From positions 16,783 through 80,782 of the forward strand of contig DASPXE010000098.1 of NCBI GenBank assembly GCA_035637455.1: a stretch of 64,000 nucleotides of DNA. Reading direction: 5' to 3'. Below the pieces are notes generated by a model. It made no database searches. It was not told the origin of the DNA and was given only the letters and a program-made list of their open reading frames with translations. Every line of letters begins with the position of its first letter. Within the stretch, counting starts at the first letter, position 1. Below are positions 1-9,406 of the stretch, one piece after another. The position numbers and the translations under genes are program-made. The DNA is from Gemmatimonadales bacterium. Its GTDB lineage: Bacteria > Gemmatimonadota > Gemmatimonadetes > Gemmatimonadales > GWC2-71-9.

Positions 1-457
1 GAGTGGCGACATGGCCGAGCGAGCACAGCACGTCGGTGGTGGTCACGGGCAGGCCGGTGACTGGATCGATGGTGGTGATAGTGACCGTCCCGCACAGCGC
101 TGTCTTGGAGCTTCCCAGTGGCTTGCCGAGCGGGCGCACCCACACGGTGTAGCCGCCGGCCGGGAGCTGGAACGAGGCCGTCCCGTCTGTCCCGTTCTTG
201 TCCAGGACCGCGAAGTCGCCCGGGCTCAGGAGAATCTTCGTGGTCGCCTTGGTGTTGTTCGACCCGAGGGCGACGAAGATGACGTTGCCGCTGCCATCCA
301 TGTTTTGATTCTTGTAGTTCGGTACACCGATGATGTTGAGATTGTAATGCGAGCCACTGGGCGCGCCGTTGCCCGTCGTGGTCTGCTGCGCGGCGGCAAC
401 GGCCGTCGCAGTCGTCGCGACCGCCACGGCGGCCGCCAAGCAGAATCTGCTGCGCAT
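1..457 (-). CDS. secreted hypothetical protein, C-terminus cut by window edge (absent from supplied ORF track)
   Basis: Hand translation of the minus strand from ATG (457-455) is stop-free to position 2: MRSRFCLAAAVAVATTATAVAAAQQTTTGNGAPSGSHYNLNIIGVPNYKNQNMDGSGNVIFVALGSNNTK... It has a Sec-type signal peptide and a purine-rich GAAGGGGGAG directly upstream. The listed + ORF 11..490 is its antisense shadow. Confidence 0.7.
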   Translation of the reverse strand, partial: MRSRFCLAAAVAVATTATAVAAAQQTTTGNGAPSGSHYNLNIIGVPNYKNQNMDGSGNVIFVALGSNNTKATTKILLSPGDFAVLDKNGTDGTASFQLPAGGYTVWVRPLGKPLGSSKTALCGTVTITTIDPVTGLPVTTTDVLCSLGHVAT

Positions 458-673
458 AACTCCCCCTTCGGTTGGGTACCACTGCTGTGAAGGTTGAAGA
501 AGCCGGCGGGCGCAGCGTGGCTGCTTGAAACAGTGCTGCCTCTGGGTTCCCGGACACTATGGCCCGAGGGTCGCTCCCCGCGGAGTGAGGGGCATCACCC
601 AAGGACCGGGCGGCCGTTGACCCGAACCGCCGGTCACTAGGCACGCGCGGCGCAGGTCCGTAACTTATCGGCC

Positions 674-2113
674 ATGCGCCTCGCCCTTCGCATCGCCGCC
701 GTCGCGCTCCTCGCCGCCACCCGGACCGTCGCCCAGGAGACGCCCACTGAGCGCAGCGCCGCAGCCGACGTGATACGTCGCATGAACGAGCTCGAGCGCT
801 CGCTGGCGCTGCCGCAGCTCGTCGCCCGGCTCACGGCGCGCGATGCGCGCCGCGAAGCGGTGGTCGCCCGCGCCAGGGAGCTCATGGAGCGCGAGCTGCT
901 CGCCCTGGCGGACGACATCACGCGTCATCCGGAGATCGGCTTCAAGGAAGAGCGTTCGGTACAGATCCTCACCGACTACCTGAAGGCGCACGATTTCGAC
1001 GTCGAGACCGGCGTCGCCGGCCTCAAGACGGCCTTCATTGCCCGCTATAAGAAGGGCACGCCGGGCCCGAATCTCGGCGTGATCGTCGAGTACGACGCCC
1101 TGCGCGGCACGAGCCGCGACTTTCACGGGGACCAGCACAGCGCCCAGGGACCGGTCGGCCTCGCCGCCGCCGGGGCGGTGGCCGAGTTCCTCACCAGCTC
1201 GAAGACGCCGGGGACGGTGACGGTATACGGCACGCCCGCTGAGGAGATCGCGTCGCCGGCGTCGAAGACCGTCATGTACAACGCGGGCGTGTTCAAGGGT
1301 GCCGACGTGCTGGTGCGCTCGCATTCGTCCACCGCGACCCAAGCGTCCGCGCCCGGCTTCGGCAGCTGCTGCATGAACATCGACGTCGTTCGTTTCGTCT
1401 TCTCGGGCGCGCCGGCGCACCAGCTCCAGGCGTGGGACGGACGGGACGCGCTCACGGGCGTGATCGCGTTGTTCAACCACATCGACGCGATCCGGCGTAC
1501 GCTGCGCCCGGAGACGCGCATCCAGGGCATCATCACCGAGGGCGGGAAGGCCCCGAACGTCGTTCCCGATCGCGCCGCCGCCGAGTTCTGGCTCCGCTAT
1601 CCCGACCCGGTCTACCTCGCGCAGGTCCTGGACCGGGTGAGCGACGCCGCCCGCGCCGCGGCCGCCGCTACGGGGACCAAGGTGCGCATCGACGTGGACT
1701 CGTCGTCCCGCAACGGCATCTCGGTCGCTGCGCTCAACGACGTCGCGTTCGCCTACTTGAAGCAGCTTGGCGCGACGAAGGTGGAGGCAGAGCCCGGGCG
1801 CCCCGTGCCCTACGAGGAAACGGGCACGGTGGCGACCCAGATTCCCGGGGTCGGCGTCACCGTGCATTCGTCGAACGGCGGCTACCACACGTTCGAGATG
1901 GAGGCGGATGCGCTCGGCGCCGTCGGCCATCACGGCTTTCTGCTCGACGCCCAGACGATGGCGGCGCTGCTCTACCATTTCGCGACCGACGCCCCGTACC
2001 GCGCCGCGGTGCGGCGCGAATTCGCCGGGCTCCAGGGGCTCTACGCCGACTACCTCGCTGCCCTGCGTGAGGCATATCCCCTTCCCAAAGTATCGGACCC
2101 CACCGGGAACTGA
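674..2113 (+). CDS. M20-family amidohydrolase/peptidase (AbgB-like), with signal peptide
   Basis: 479 aa. Signal peptide MRLALRIAAVALLAATRTVAQE. M20/AbgB-like block ITRHPEIGFKEERSVQILTDYLKAHDFDVETGVAGLKTAFIARY. Confidence 0.8.
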   Translation: MRLALRIAAVALLAATRTVAQETPTERSAAADVIRRMNELERSLALPQLVARLTARDARREAVVARARELMERELLALADDITRHPEIGFKEERSVQILTDYLKAHDFDVETGVAGLKTAFIARYKKGTPGPNLGVIVEYDALRGTSRDFHGDQHSAQGPVGLAAAGAVAEFLTSSKTPGTVTVYGTPAEEIASPASKTVMYNAGVFKGADVLVRSHSSTATQASAPGFGSCCMNIDVVRFVFSGAPAHQLQAWDGRDALTGVIALFNHIDAIRRTLRPETRIQGIITEGGKAPNVVPDRAAAEFWLRYPDPVYLAQVLDRVSDAARAAAAATGTKVRIDVDSSSRNGISVAALNDVAFAYLKQLGATKVEAEPGRPVPYEETGTVATQIPGVGVTVHSSNGGYHTFEMEADALGAVGHHGFLLDAQTMAALLYHFATDAPYRAAVRREFAGLQGLYADYLAALREAYPLPKVSDPTGN

Positions 2114-2635
2114 ATGACCGCGTCGTGGCAGACGCTGCTCGACGTCGCCCTCCGGACATCGGTCGTCTACCTCGCGCTGCTCGCCGGCCTGCGCCTCACC
2201 GGCACGCGGCAGCTCGGCCAGATGTCCACGTTCGACCTCGTGCTGCTGCTCATCATCGCCAACGCGGTCCAGAACGCGATGGTGGGACCGGACACGAGCC
2301 TCGTGGGTGGCCTCGTGGCGGCCGGGGTGCTCATCGGCTGGCACCGGGTGATCGACTGGTGGCGGCTCCGGAGCCGCCGGCTCGCGCGGCTGATCGCCGG
2401 CGAGAGCATCATGCTGATCCACGACGGCAAGCTGCTCGAGTCGCACTGCCTCCGCGCCCGCGTCACCCGCGACGAGCTGCTGCAGGCGCTACGGGAGCAC
2501 GGGGTGGGAAGCGTGCAAGACGTGATGCTCGCGGTGCTCGAGCCCGACGGCGCGATCAGCGTGATCCGCAACGACGAAATCACGCCCGGCGCGCGACCGC
2601 ACCACCGCATCAAAGCAGTGCGCAGAAACCAGTAG
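2114..2635 (+). CDS. DUF421 (YetF-like) membrane protein
   Basis: 173 aa. ATG abuts the upstream stop (TGAATG). N-terminal TM helices followed by IIANAVQNAMVG and the LIHDGKLL...RVTRDELLQALRE block typical of DUF421. Confidence 0.75.
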   Translation: MTASWQTLLDVALRTSVVYLALLAGLRLTGTRQLGQMSTFDLVLLLIIANAVQNAMVGPDTSLVGGLVAAGVLIGWHRVIDWWRLRSRRLARLIAGESIMLIHDGKLLESHCLRARVTRDELLQALREHGVGSVQDVMLAVLEPDGAISVIRNDEITPGARPHHRIKAVRRNQ

Positions 2636-2660
2636 GCAGAGAGCAGGTCATGCAAGGCTA

Positions 2661-2747
2661 GACGCACAGACGCGCAGCGGTGAGCAGGAGTCAGGCGCGA
2701 GGCCCGCTGTTCACGATTCCCTGTTCACCGCTGTGCGTCTGTGCGTC
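2661..2747. repeat. hairpin element: 28-nt inverted arms, each containing 2 tandem octamers (GACGCRCA / TGTGCGTC)
   Basis: Left arm 2661-2688 is gacgcacagacgcgcagcggtgagcagg. Right arm 2720-2747 is cctgttcaccgctgtgcgtctgtgcgtc. The arms are reverse complements with 2 mismatches and a 31-nt loop. Lies between the DUF421 stop and the tig start. Confidence 0.8.
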
Positions 2748-2802
2748 CGGTCGTTGCCGTTCCGGCCCACTGCTTGCTGTGCCCTATTAGATTACTTGTC
2801 GC

Positions 2803-4050
2803 ATGCCCGCCATCCTGATCAAGAAGACCGCCGAAGAGCCGGGGGCCGCGTCACTGGCGGTGACGGTTCCCGTGGAGCAGGTGCGCGAGGCCGAGGACCG
2901 CGCCACCAGCGCCTACCAGCGCCGCGCCCGGCTGCCGGGCTTCCGGAAGGGGAAGGCGCCGGCGGCGATCGTGAAGAAGCACTTCGCCGACGACATCCGG
3001 CAGGAAGCGCTGCAGGAGCTGATCCGCGAGAGTTGGAAAGTCGCCGTCGAGCAGGAATCGTTGAAGCCGATCGCCGACCCCCACATCCACAACCTGAAAT
3101 GGGATGCAGGCGCGCCGGTCACCTTCGAGTTCCACGTGGAGGTGAAGCCCGATATCAAGCTCGGCCGGCTCGGCGGCTTTCAGCTGAAGCGCAGCGTGCG
3201 CCCGGTAACCGACGAGCAGGTGACCGCTCAGCTGAACGAGGTGCGCGCGCAAAAGGCACCGTGGACGCCGGTGGTGGGCGAGCACCCGAAATCCCGGGAC
3301 CTGGTGCGTGTGACCATCGCGGCGCGCGAGGGCGCCCAGCTGAAGGACCCGCAGCCTTACCAGCTGGTCCTGGGCGAGGGCCGCGCGATCCCGGAAGTCG
3401 AGCAGCAGATCTACGGCATGCTTCCCGAGGAGACGATCGACGCGATCGTCCGCTTTCCGGACGACTTCGCCGACGAGGCGAAGCGCGGCCAGACCCGCGA
3501 CATCCGGCTCACGCTGCACGAGGTGAAACGGCAGCAGCTCCCCGAGCTCGACGACGCCTTCGCCCGTGAGGTCGGGGACTTCGATTCACTCGACGCGCTG
3601 CAGCGCGGGATCCGGGAGGACCTGGCGCAGGATGCCGAGCGCGAGGCCGACGCCAAGGTCCGTGCGGAGCTGATCGAGCAGATCGTGGCGGCGAACCGTG
3701 TGGTCGCGCCCCAGCCCCTGGTCGAGCGCGCGCTATGGGTGTTCGCCCAGGCCTACGGGATCCCGGAGGACCGCATGAGTCAGTTCGCGGCGGAGTTCCG
3801 GCCCGTCGCCGAGGCCCAGGTGCGGCGCGACCTGGTGCTGGATTACGTTGTGGAGCACCAGAAGCTGCAGGCCACCGAGGCGGAGCTCGACGAGCGCATC
3901 CGGCAGCTGGCCGAGCGCCGCGGGATGCCGCCCGAGCAGTTGTACGCGTCGCTTGAGAAGGCGAAGCGGCTTCGCGACGTCGAGCGGAGCCTCACCGAGG
4001 AGAAGGTGTTCGCGTTTCTCCTGTCGCAATCCACCGTGGAGCAAGCGTGA
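2803..4050 (+). CDS. tig: trigger factor
   Basis: 415 aa. N-terminal ribosome-binding signature [11 protein letters not shown]. Conserved tig-clpP-clpX order. Confidence 0.95.
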   Translation: MPAILIKKTAEEPGAASLAVTVPVEQVREAEDRATSAYQRRARLPGFRKGKAPAAIVKKHFADDIRQEALQELIRESWKVAVEQESLKPIADPHIHNLKWDAGAPVTFEFHVEVKPDIKLGRLGGFQLKRSVRPVTDEQVTAQLNEVRAQKAPWTPVVGEHPKSRDLVRVTIAAREGAQLKDPQPYQLVLGEGRAIPEVEQQIYGMLPEETIDAIVRFPDDFADEAKRGQTRDIRLTLHEVKRQQLPELDDAFAREVGDFDSLDALQRGIREDLAQDAEREADAKVRAELIEQIVAANRVVAPQPLVERALWVFAQAYGIPEDRMSQFAAEFRPVAEAQVRRDLVLDYVVEHQKLQATEAELDERIRQLAERRGMPPEQLYASLEKAKRLRDVERSLTEEKVFAFLLSQSTVEQA

Positions 4051-4670
4051 AGACGACGAGCCAGATCTACCCGCCCTACATCATCGAGCGGTCGAGCCGC
4101 GGCGAGCGCACCTACGACATCTTCAGCCGCTTGCTGCTGGACCGCATCGTGTTCCTGGGCACCCAGATCAACGACGAGGTCTCCAACATCATCATCGCCC
4201 AGCTGCTGTTCCTGGACGCGGACAATCCAGAGCGCGACATCTACCTCTACATCAACTCGCCGGGCGGGCTGGTGTCGAGCGGCATGGCGATCTACGACAC
4301 GATGCAGTTCCTGCGCGCCCCGGTGAACACCATCTGCATGGGGATGGCGGCCTCGATGGGCTCGTTCCTGCTCGCGGCCGGCCGCAAGGGGAAGCGCCAG
4401 GCGCTGCCCCATGCCCGCATCATGATGCACCAACCTTCGGGTGGCACGCAGGGCACGGCGGCGGACATCGAGATCCAGGCCCGCGAGATTCTCTATCTCC
4501 GGGGCAAGCTCAACGAGCTGTACGCCAAGCACACCGGGAAGACGGCCGAGCAGATCGAAAAGGACATGGATCGGGACCGCTTCATGTCGGCGGACGAGGC
4601 CAAGGAATACGGGCTAATCGACCATGTCATCGCCAACTTGCAGGACATGGACGGCGGGAAAAAGAAGTGA
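4047..4670 (+). CDS. clpP: ATP-dependent Clp protease proteolytic subunit
   Basis: 207 aa. [27 protein letters not shown], catalytic Ser in GMAASMG, His in MMHQP. GTGA overlap with tig. Confidence 0.97.
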   Translation: MKTTSQIYPPYIIERSSRGERTYDIFSRLLLDRIVFLGTQINDEVSNIIIAQLLFLDADNPERDIYLYINSPGGLVSSGMAIYDTMQFLRAPVNTICMGMAASMGSFLLAAGRKGKRQALPHARIMMHQPSGGTQGTAADIEIQAREILYLRGKLNELYAKHTGKTAEQIEKDMDRDRFMSADEAKEYGLIDHVIANLQDMDGGKKK

Positions 4671-4711
4671 CGGCTTGCGCCGGCGGTCTCCCCTTCCCAT
4701 ACTAGGAGTCC

Positions 4712-5962
4712 ATGTCCCACGACAAGCACCTCCGCTGCTCGTTCTGCGGAAAGTCCAAGGACTCGGTCCGGAAGTTCATCTCCGGGCCGTCGGTATACAT
4801 TTGTAACGAGTGCATCGCCCTCTGCAACGAGATCTTGGCGGAGGACGAAGAGCGCGAGGTCTCCGAAGCGATCACCCAAGTCCCCACCCCGGCCGAAATC
4901 AAAGAGGTGCTGGACCAGTATGTGATCGGCCAGGAGAAGGCGAAGAAGACCCTCGCCGTCGCCGTCTACAACCACTACAAGCGCATCAACTCCCATTCTG
5001 GCCGGGACAACGAGGTGGAGCTCGACAAGAGCAACATCTTGCTGATCGGCCCGACCGGCGTGGGCAAGACGCTGCTGGCGCAGACGCTGGCGCGCATCTT
5101 GGACGTCCCCTTCACCATCGCCGACGCCACCACCCTCACCGAGGCGGGCTACGTCGGCGAAGACGTGGAGAATATTCTCGTCCGGCTGCTGCAGGCGGCC
5201 GACTTCAACGTCACGGAAGCCGAGCGCGGCATCGTCTACATCGACGAGATCGACAAGATCGCCCGCAAGTCCGAGAACCCCAGCATCACCCGCGACGTCT
5301 CGGGAGAGGGCGTGCAGCAGGCGCTCCTGAAGATTCTCGAAGGTACGGTCGCGAGCGTCCCGCCCCAGGGCGGCCGCAAGCACCCGCAGCAGGAGTACAT
5401 CCAGGTCAATACGAAGGACATCCTGTTCGTCTGCGGCGGAGCGTTCGACGGCCTGGAGAAGATCATCGAGTCGCGCACCGGCCGGCGGCAGATCGGGTTC
5501 AGCAAGGAGGAGGTCGCGAAGGGAGCGGCGGAGAAGATCAAGAAGAACCCCTTCATCGACGTCGAGCCCGACGATCTGCTGCGCTACGGGCTCATCCCCG
5601 AGCTGGTGGGCCGGCTGCCCGTGGCGGTGCCGCTCGACGCGCTCGACGAGGACGCGCTGATGCGCATCCTGATCGAGCCCAAGAACGCGCTCTCCAAGCA
5701 GTACCAGAAGCTGTTCGAGCTCGAGGATGTGCGGCTCACGATCGAGAAAGACGCCCTCAAGGCGATCGCGCAGAAGGCGATCAAGCGGGGCACCGGCGCC
5801 CGCGGCCTGCGCGCCATCCTCGAGGAGATGATGACCGACATCATGTTCGACCTGCCGAGCCGGGACGACGTGCGTGAGGTCGCCATCACCGCCGAATGCG
5901 TGACCGAGGGCCGGCCCCCGCTGCTCGTGACCGAGCGCGTCCGCCAGAAGAAAGAAGCCTGA
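4712..5962 (+). CDS. clpX: ATP-dependent Clp protease ATP-binding subunit ClpX
   Basis: 416 aa. Zinc-binding domain CSFCGKS...CNECI. Walker [14 protein letters not shown] Shine-Dalgarno at 4704-4708. Confidence 0.97.
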   Translation: MSHDKHLRCSFCGKSKDSVRKFISGPSVYICNECIALCNEILAEDEEREVSEAITQVPTPAEIKEVLDQYVIGQEKAKKTLAVAVYNHYKRINSHSGRDNEVELDKSNILLIGPTGVGKTLLAQTLARILDVPFTIADATTLTEAGYVGEDVENILVRLLQAADFNVTEAERGIVYIDEIDKIARKSENPSITRDVSGEGVQQALLKILEGTVASVPPQGGRKHPQQEYIQVNTKDILFVCGGAFDGLEKIIESRTGRRQIGFSKEEVAKGAAEKIKKNPFIDVEPDDLLRYGLIPELVGRLPVAVPLDALDEDALMRILIEPKNALSKQYQKLFELEDVRLTIEKDALKAIAQKAIKRGTGARGLRAILEEMMTDIMFDLPSRDDVREVAITAECVTEGRPPLLVTERVRQKKEA

Positions 5963-5976
5963 GTAAGGGGCGCAGC

Positions 5977-6627
5977 ATGCTGCGCCCCAACTTCGTCGGG
6001 TCGTTTCCCTCGGCCGACGTCCCGCTCCACCCCCCGCTCCCCGAAATCGCCCTGCTCGGCCGCTCCAATGTCGGCAAGTCGAGCCTGCTGAATGCCATGG
6101 CCGGTCAGCGGATCGCCCGCGTTTCGGCCACGCCTGGAAAGACCCGGGCGATGAACGTGTACGCGGTGCCCTCGCTACCCCGGGCCACCGGCCCGGGGTC
6201 AGCCGAGCCCCCACGCGCGGCTGACCCCGGGGCGACGCCGCGGGGTTTCTATCTCCTCGATCTTCCAGGTTACGGCTGGGCCCGCGCCAGCCAGGCCGAT
6301 CGAGCCGCATTCCGGCGACTGATCACGCAAACCCTCGATCGTCCCCGCCTCGCCGGCGTGCTCTGGCTGCTGGACGCCCGGCGCGACCCGAGCCCCGAGG
6401 ACCGTGCGATCGAGGCCCGTTTCGCCGCAAAGGGGACCCGCGTCCTTGCCGCGGTCACGAAAGGCGACAAGCTTCCCCGAGGGCGGCGCGCGGGACGCGA
6501 GCGGGACCTGCGCGAGACCCTGGAGCTCGACGCGGAGCAGCTGATCATGACGAGTGCGCGCACGCGAGAGGGAATCGCGGACTTGCGGGAGGCGGTGGCG
6601 GCGCTCATTGGGGGAACGGCGGCATGA
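5977..6627 (+). CDS. engB: ribosome biogenesis GTP-binding protein EngB/YihA/YsxC
   Basis: G1 motif GRSNVGKSSLLN and DLPGYG present. Start taken at the internal ATG at 5977 (MLRPNF...), because the longer track ORF overlaps clpX. Carries a ~22-30 aa Pro/Ala/Gly insertion before DLPGYG. Confidence 0.85.
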   Translation: MLRPNFVGSFPSADVPLHPPLPEIALLGRSNVGKSSLLNAMAGQRIARVSATPGKTRAMNVYAVPSLPRATGPGSAEPPRAADPGATPRGFYLLDLPGYGWARASQADRAAFRRLITQTLDRPRLAGVLWLLDARRDPSPEDRAIEARFAAKGTRVLAAVTKGDKLPRGRRAGRERDLRETLELDAEQLIMTSARTREGIADLREAVAALIGGTAA

Positions 6628-7256
6628 CTCGGTCGGCGGACAGGCGGATAGGCGGATGGGCGGATAGAACGGCGCTCGCGGCTCTGCTGCTGCTATCCGC
6701 TTATCCGTCTATCCGCCTATCCGCCCAGGACACGCTGCCCGCCGGCTTCGGGACCCTCAAGCGCGACGACATCGTCGTGCGGTTCGCGACGGACCAGCTC
6801 GAAATCCAGGTCCTGCCGCTCGCCGAGTACGTGATCCGGCTGCTCGCCCCGGATACCTACCGGTCGCTCCAGCAGCTCCTCAAGACGAAAGGGCGCGAGA
6901 TCTCGGGCGCGGCTCAGCGCGCGGGCGTGGAGCGCCCGACCCTCGTCATGGTGACGTTCTTCGGCTTGCTGCCCCAGGCGCGCTTCAGTCCGGAGGACGT
7001 GAACGTGACGAGCCGCGGGCGGTTGTTCCGCCCGGTGGGAATCGTGCCGCTGTCGCCGCGGTGGAGCTCGTACCAGCTCGAGGCGCACGAGCAAGCAGTC
7101 GCCATCTACCTGTTCGAGGACGGCATCAGCTTCCGCGAGGGGATGACGGTCAGCTACCAGGGGCTCGCGAACGATTCGTGGACGGGCGTGCTGCCCACGC
7201 TCGACCGCGAGCGCGCGCGGGTGATGGCCCGGTCGAGCCTCCAGCCCAAGCCCTAG
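6624..7256 (+). CDS. hypothetical secreted protein
   Basis: 210 aa. ATGA overlap with the engB stop. Predicted signal peptide MTRSADRRIGGWADRTALAALLLLSAYPSIRLSA/QD, which is encoded by the repeat element at 6635-6724. No recognisable family. Confidence 0.55.
   Translation: MTRSADRRIGGWADRTALAALLLLSAYPSIRLSAQDTLPAGFGTLKRDDIVVRFATDQLEIQVLPLAEYVIRLLAPDTYRSLQQLLKTKGREISGAAQRAGVERPTLVMVTFFGLLPQARFSPEDVNVTSRGRLFRPVGIVPLSPRWSSYQLEAHEQAVAIYLFEDGISFREGMTVSYQGLANDSWTGVLPTLDRERARVMARSSLQPKP
6635..6724. repeat. hairpin element: inverted arms of 4 tandem octamers (GGCGGAYR / YTATCCGY)
   Basis: Left arm 6635-6666 is ggcggaca ggcggata ggcggatg ggcggata. Right arm 6693-6724 is ctatccgc ttatccgt ctatccgc ctatccgc. 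26-nt loop. Begins 8 nt after the engB stop. Confidence 0.85.
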
Positions 7257-7292
7257 GAGGGAGCGACGCTCTACATCGCTCTGACCGCGCTG

Positions 7293-9395
7293 TTGCTGGC
7301 CGCCGTCGCCCTCGGCTGGCGGGCGATCCGCCTGCAGCGACGGCTGGAGCGCAGCGAGCGGGACCGCCGGCGGGCGGCGGACGAGCTCAATCGCCGGCTC
7401 TCGGAGCTGTTTTCCCTCCAGGAGCTCTCCTACATCCTCTCCGGGTCGCTCCAGCTCGAGCGCATCGTGGAGCAGGTGGTGCGCTACGCCATGCGGTTCC
7501 TCGAGGCGAAGGGGGCCCTGGTGGCGCTCGCCGCAGAGGGCGAGGGCGAAGGAGCGGAGGACGCTGATCGGCGCCGGCTCAAGGTGACGGCCGCCGAGGG
7601 GTCGCTTGCCCCGTTGCGGGGAGGGGCGATCGGCCCCGACGACCCGGGACTGATCGCGCGCTCGGTCACGGGCGAGCGCGTCGAGCTGGTGCACAGCACG
7701 GACAGCGAGCCCACCCCGCTCGTGGCCGCGATCCAGGTCGCCTCGGCGGCCGCCGTGCCGCTGCGGGCCCACGGCGTGCTGGTCGGCACGCTCGTGATCG
7801 CCGACCCGCGCGACGGCGTCTTCGCTCCGGAGGACGTCCGGCTGCTGTCCACGGTCGCGACGCATGCCGCCATCGTGATCGCGAACGCCCGCTTCTTCGA
7901 AATGGTCCACCACGCGAAGGAGCAGTGGGAGACGGCGTTCGACGCGCTGAGCGAGGGGATCGCGGTCGTGGACACGCAGGGCTCGATCCGCCGAGCCAAC
8001 CGCTCGCTCGCCGCGATGCTCGATAGTCCGATTCCGTCGGTCATCGGTCTCGACCTCGGGACCGCGCTGCTGGGGCAGTCGCCGGCGCTCGTCGACCTGC
8101 TCGCCGCGGCACGGCGTGGCGAGCGGGCTCAGCCGCTCGTGCTCCGCTCCGCGCCGCTGGGCCGGGCGCTGCGCGTGAACGCGGCCCGCATCCCGAGTCC
8201 GGAACAGGAAGCGAGCGTCGTCGTCCTGGTGGAGGACGTCACCGACCAGCAGCAGATGGAGGCCCAGCTCATCCAGAGCGAGAAGCTCGCCGCCGTCGGG
8301 CAGCTCGTGTCGGGTGTCGCTCACGAGCTCAACAACCCGCTGACCTCCATCGCCGGGCTGTCGGAGTTTCTGCTGGAGCAGAAGGAGCTGGCCAGCAAGG
8401 ATCGCGGCCATCTCCGCGTGATTCACGAGCAGGCGGAGCGGGCCAGCCGGATCGTGCGCAACCTGCTGACCTTCGCGCGCAAGGGCCCCGCCGAGCAGGC
8501 CCGCGTGAACCTGAACGACGTGATCCAGCGCACCCTGATGCTGATGGCGCATGATCTGAAGCTGAAGGACATCACGGTCGAGAAGGTGCTGCCCACGACG
8601 ATTCCCGAGGTCGTGGGCGACCGTCACGCGCTGCAGCAGGTGGTGCTCAACCTGCTCAACAACGCGGCGCAGGCGGTCGCGGACAACACACCCGGGCAGC
8701 GGCGCCTCATCTGCATCAACACGTCGTTCGACGACCGCGTGCGGATGCGGGTCTCCGATTCGGGGCCGGGCATCCCCGACGAGGTCGTGCCGCAACTGTT
8801 CACGCCCTTCTTTACGACCAAGGAACCCGGGCAGGGCACGGGCCTCGGCCTGTCCATCACCTATTCGATCGTAGAAGCGCACGGCGGGCGCATCACCGTG
8901 GAGTGTCCGCCGGAAGGCGGCGCAGCCTTCCTGGTGGACCTGCCCCCCGCCCCTCCCATTCCACCCCCGACGAGGGACGCCGCGGGGCGCGAGCCGCACG
9001 CGCCGCCCACCGCCCCGCTCGCGAAACGCACCATCCTGCTCGTGGACGACGACCCCGCGGTACGGCGCATGGTGAAAGCGCTGTTCGGCCGCGAAGGACA
9101 CACGGTAGAGGTGGCGCGCAGCGCGCAGCACGCGCTCGACCTGGCGCGCACGCGCACCTACGACCTCATCCTGGCGGACGCGCGGGCGATGACGCGCGAC
9201 CACCTGTTCGTAGAGCAGCTGGTGGAATTGCACCCCGGCCTGAAGCCGCGGATTCTCGTGGCGACCGGCGATGTGCGCGCCTCGACGGAGGAGGCGCTGG
9301 CCCATCTCGGCCTGCGCTACGTGCGCAAGCCCTTCAACCTGCGGGACCTGCGGGACGAAGCCGCGCAGGTGTGGGCGGCGGTGACGCTGTCGTAG
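7293..9395 (+). CDS. hybrid sensor histidine kinase (TM-GAF-PAS-HisKA-HATPase-REC)
   Basis: 700 aa. H-box GVAHELNNPLTSI. HATPase G-boxes DSGPGIP and GTGLGLS. C-terminal receiver ILLVDDD...DLILADARAM...RKPF. TTG start; the true start is uncertain because a TM-like segment continues upstream without a canonical start codon. Confidence 0.9.
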   Translation: MLAAVALGWRAIRLQRRLERSERDRRRAADELNRRLSELFSLQELSYILSGSLQLERIVEQVVRYAMRFLEAKGALVALAAEGEGEGAEDADRRRLKVTAAEGSLAPLRGGAIGPDDPGLIARSVTGERVELVHSTDSEPTPLVAAIQVASAAAVPLRAHGVLVGTLVIADPRDGVFAPEDVRLLSTVATHAAIVIANARFFEMVHHAKEQWETAFDALSEGIAVVDTQGSIRRANRSLAAMLDSPIPSVIGLDLGTALLGQSPALVDLLAAARRGERAQPLVLRSAPLGRALRVNAARIPSPEQEASVVVLVEDVTDQQQMEAQLIQSEKLAAVGQLVSGVAHELNNPLTSIAGLSEFLLEQKELASKDRGHLRVIHEQAERASRIVRNLLTFARKGPAEQARVNLNDVIQRTLMLMAHDLKLKDITVEKVLPTTIPEVVGDRHALQQVVLNLLNNAAQAVADNTPGQRRLICINTSFDDRVRMRVSDSGPGIPDEVVPQLFTPFFTTKEPGQGTGLGLSITYSIVEAHGGRITVECPPEGGAAFLVDLPPAPPIPPPTRDAAGREPHAPPTAPLAKRTILLVDDDPAVRRMVKALFGREGHTVEVARSAQHALDLARTRTYDLILADARAMTRDHLFVEQLVELHPGLKPRILVATGDVRASTEEALAHLGLRYVRKPFNLRDLRDEAAQVWAAVTLS

Positions 9396-9406
9396 GACCT
9401 CGGAGC

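Noticed and set aside
665-2446. Long antisense or out-of-frame ORFs throughout the track. Examples: 665..2446(-), 4493..6310(-), 6717..9734(-) 1005 aa, 12506..15121(+) 871 aa, 15266..17638(+) 790 aa, 19065..20924(-), 24351..26375(+), 35653..37155(+), 43148..45280(-), 50833..52320(+).
   Set aside because: They are Arg/Gly/Ala/Pro-dominated with no motifs. Each lies opposite or out of frame to a gene with clear family signatures. This is expected stop-codon scarcity in DNA of about 70% G+C.
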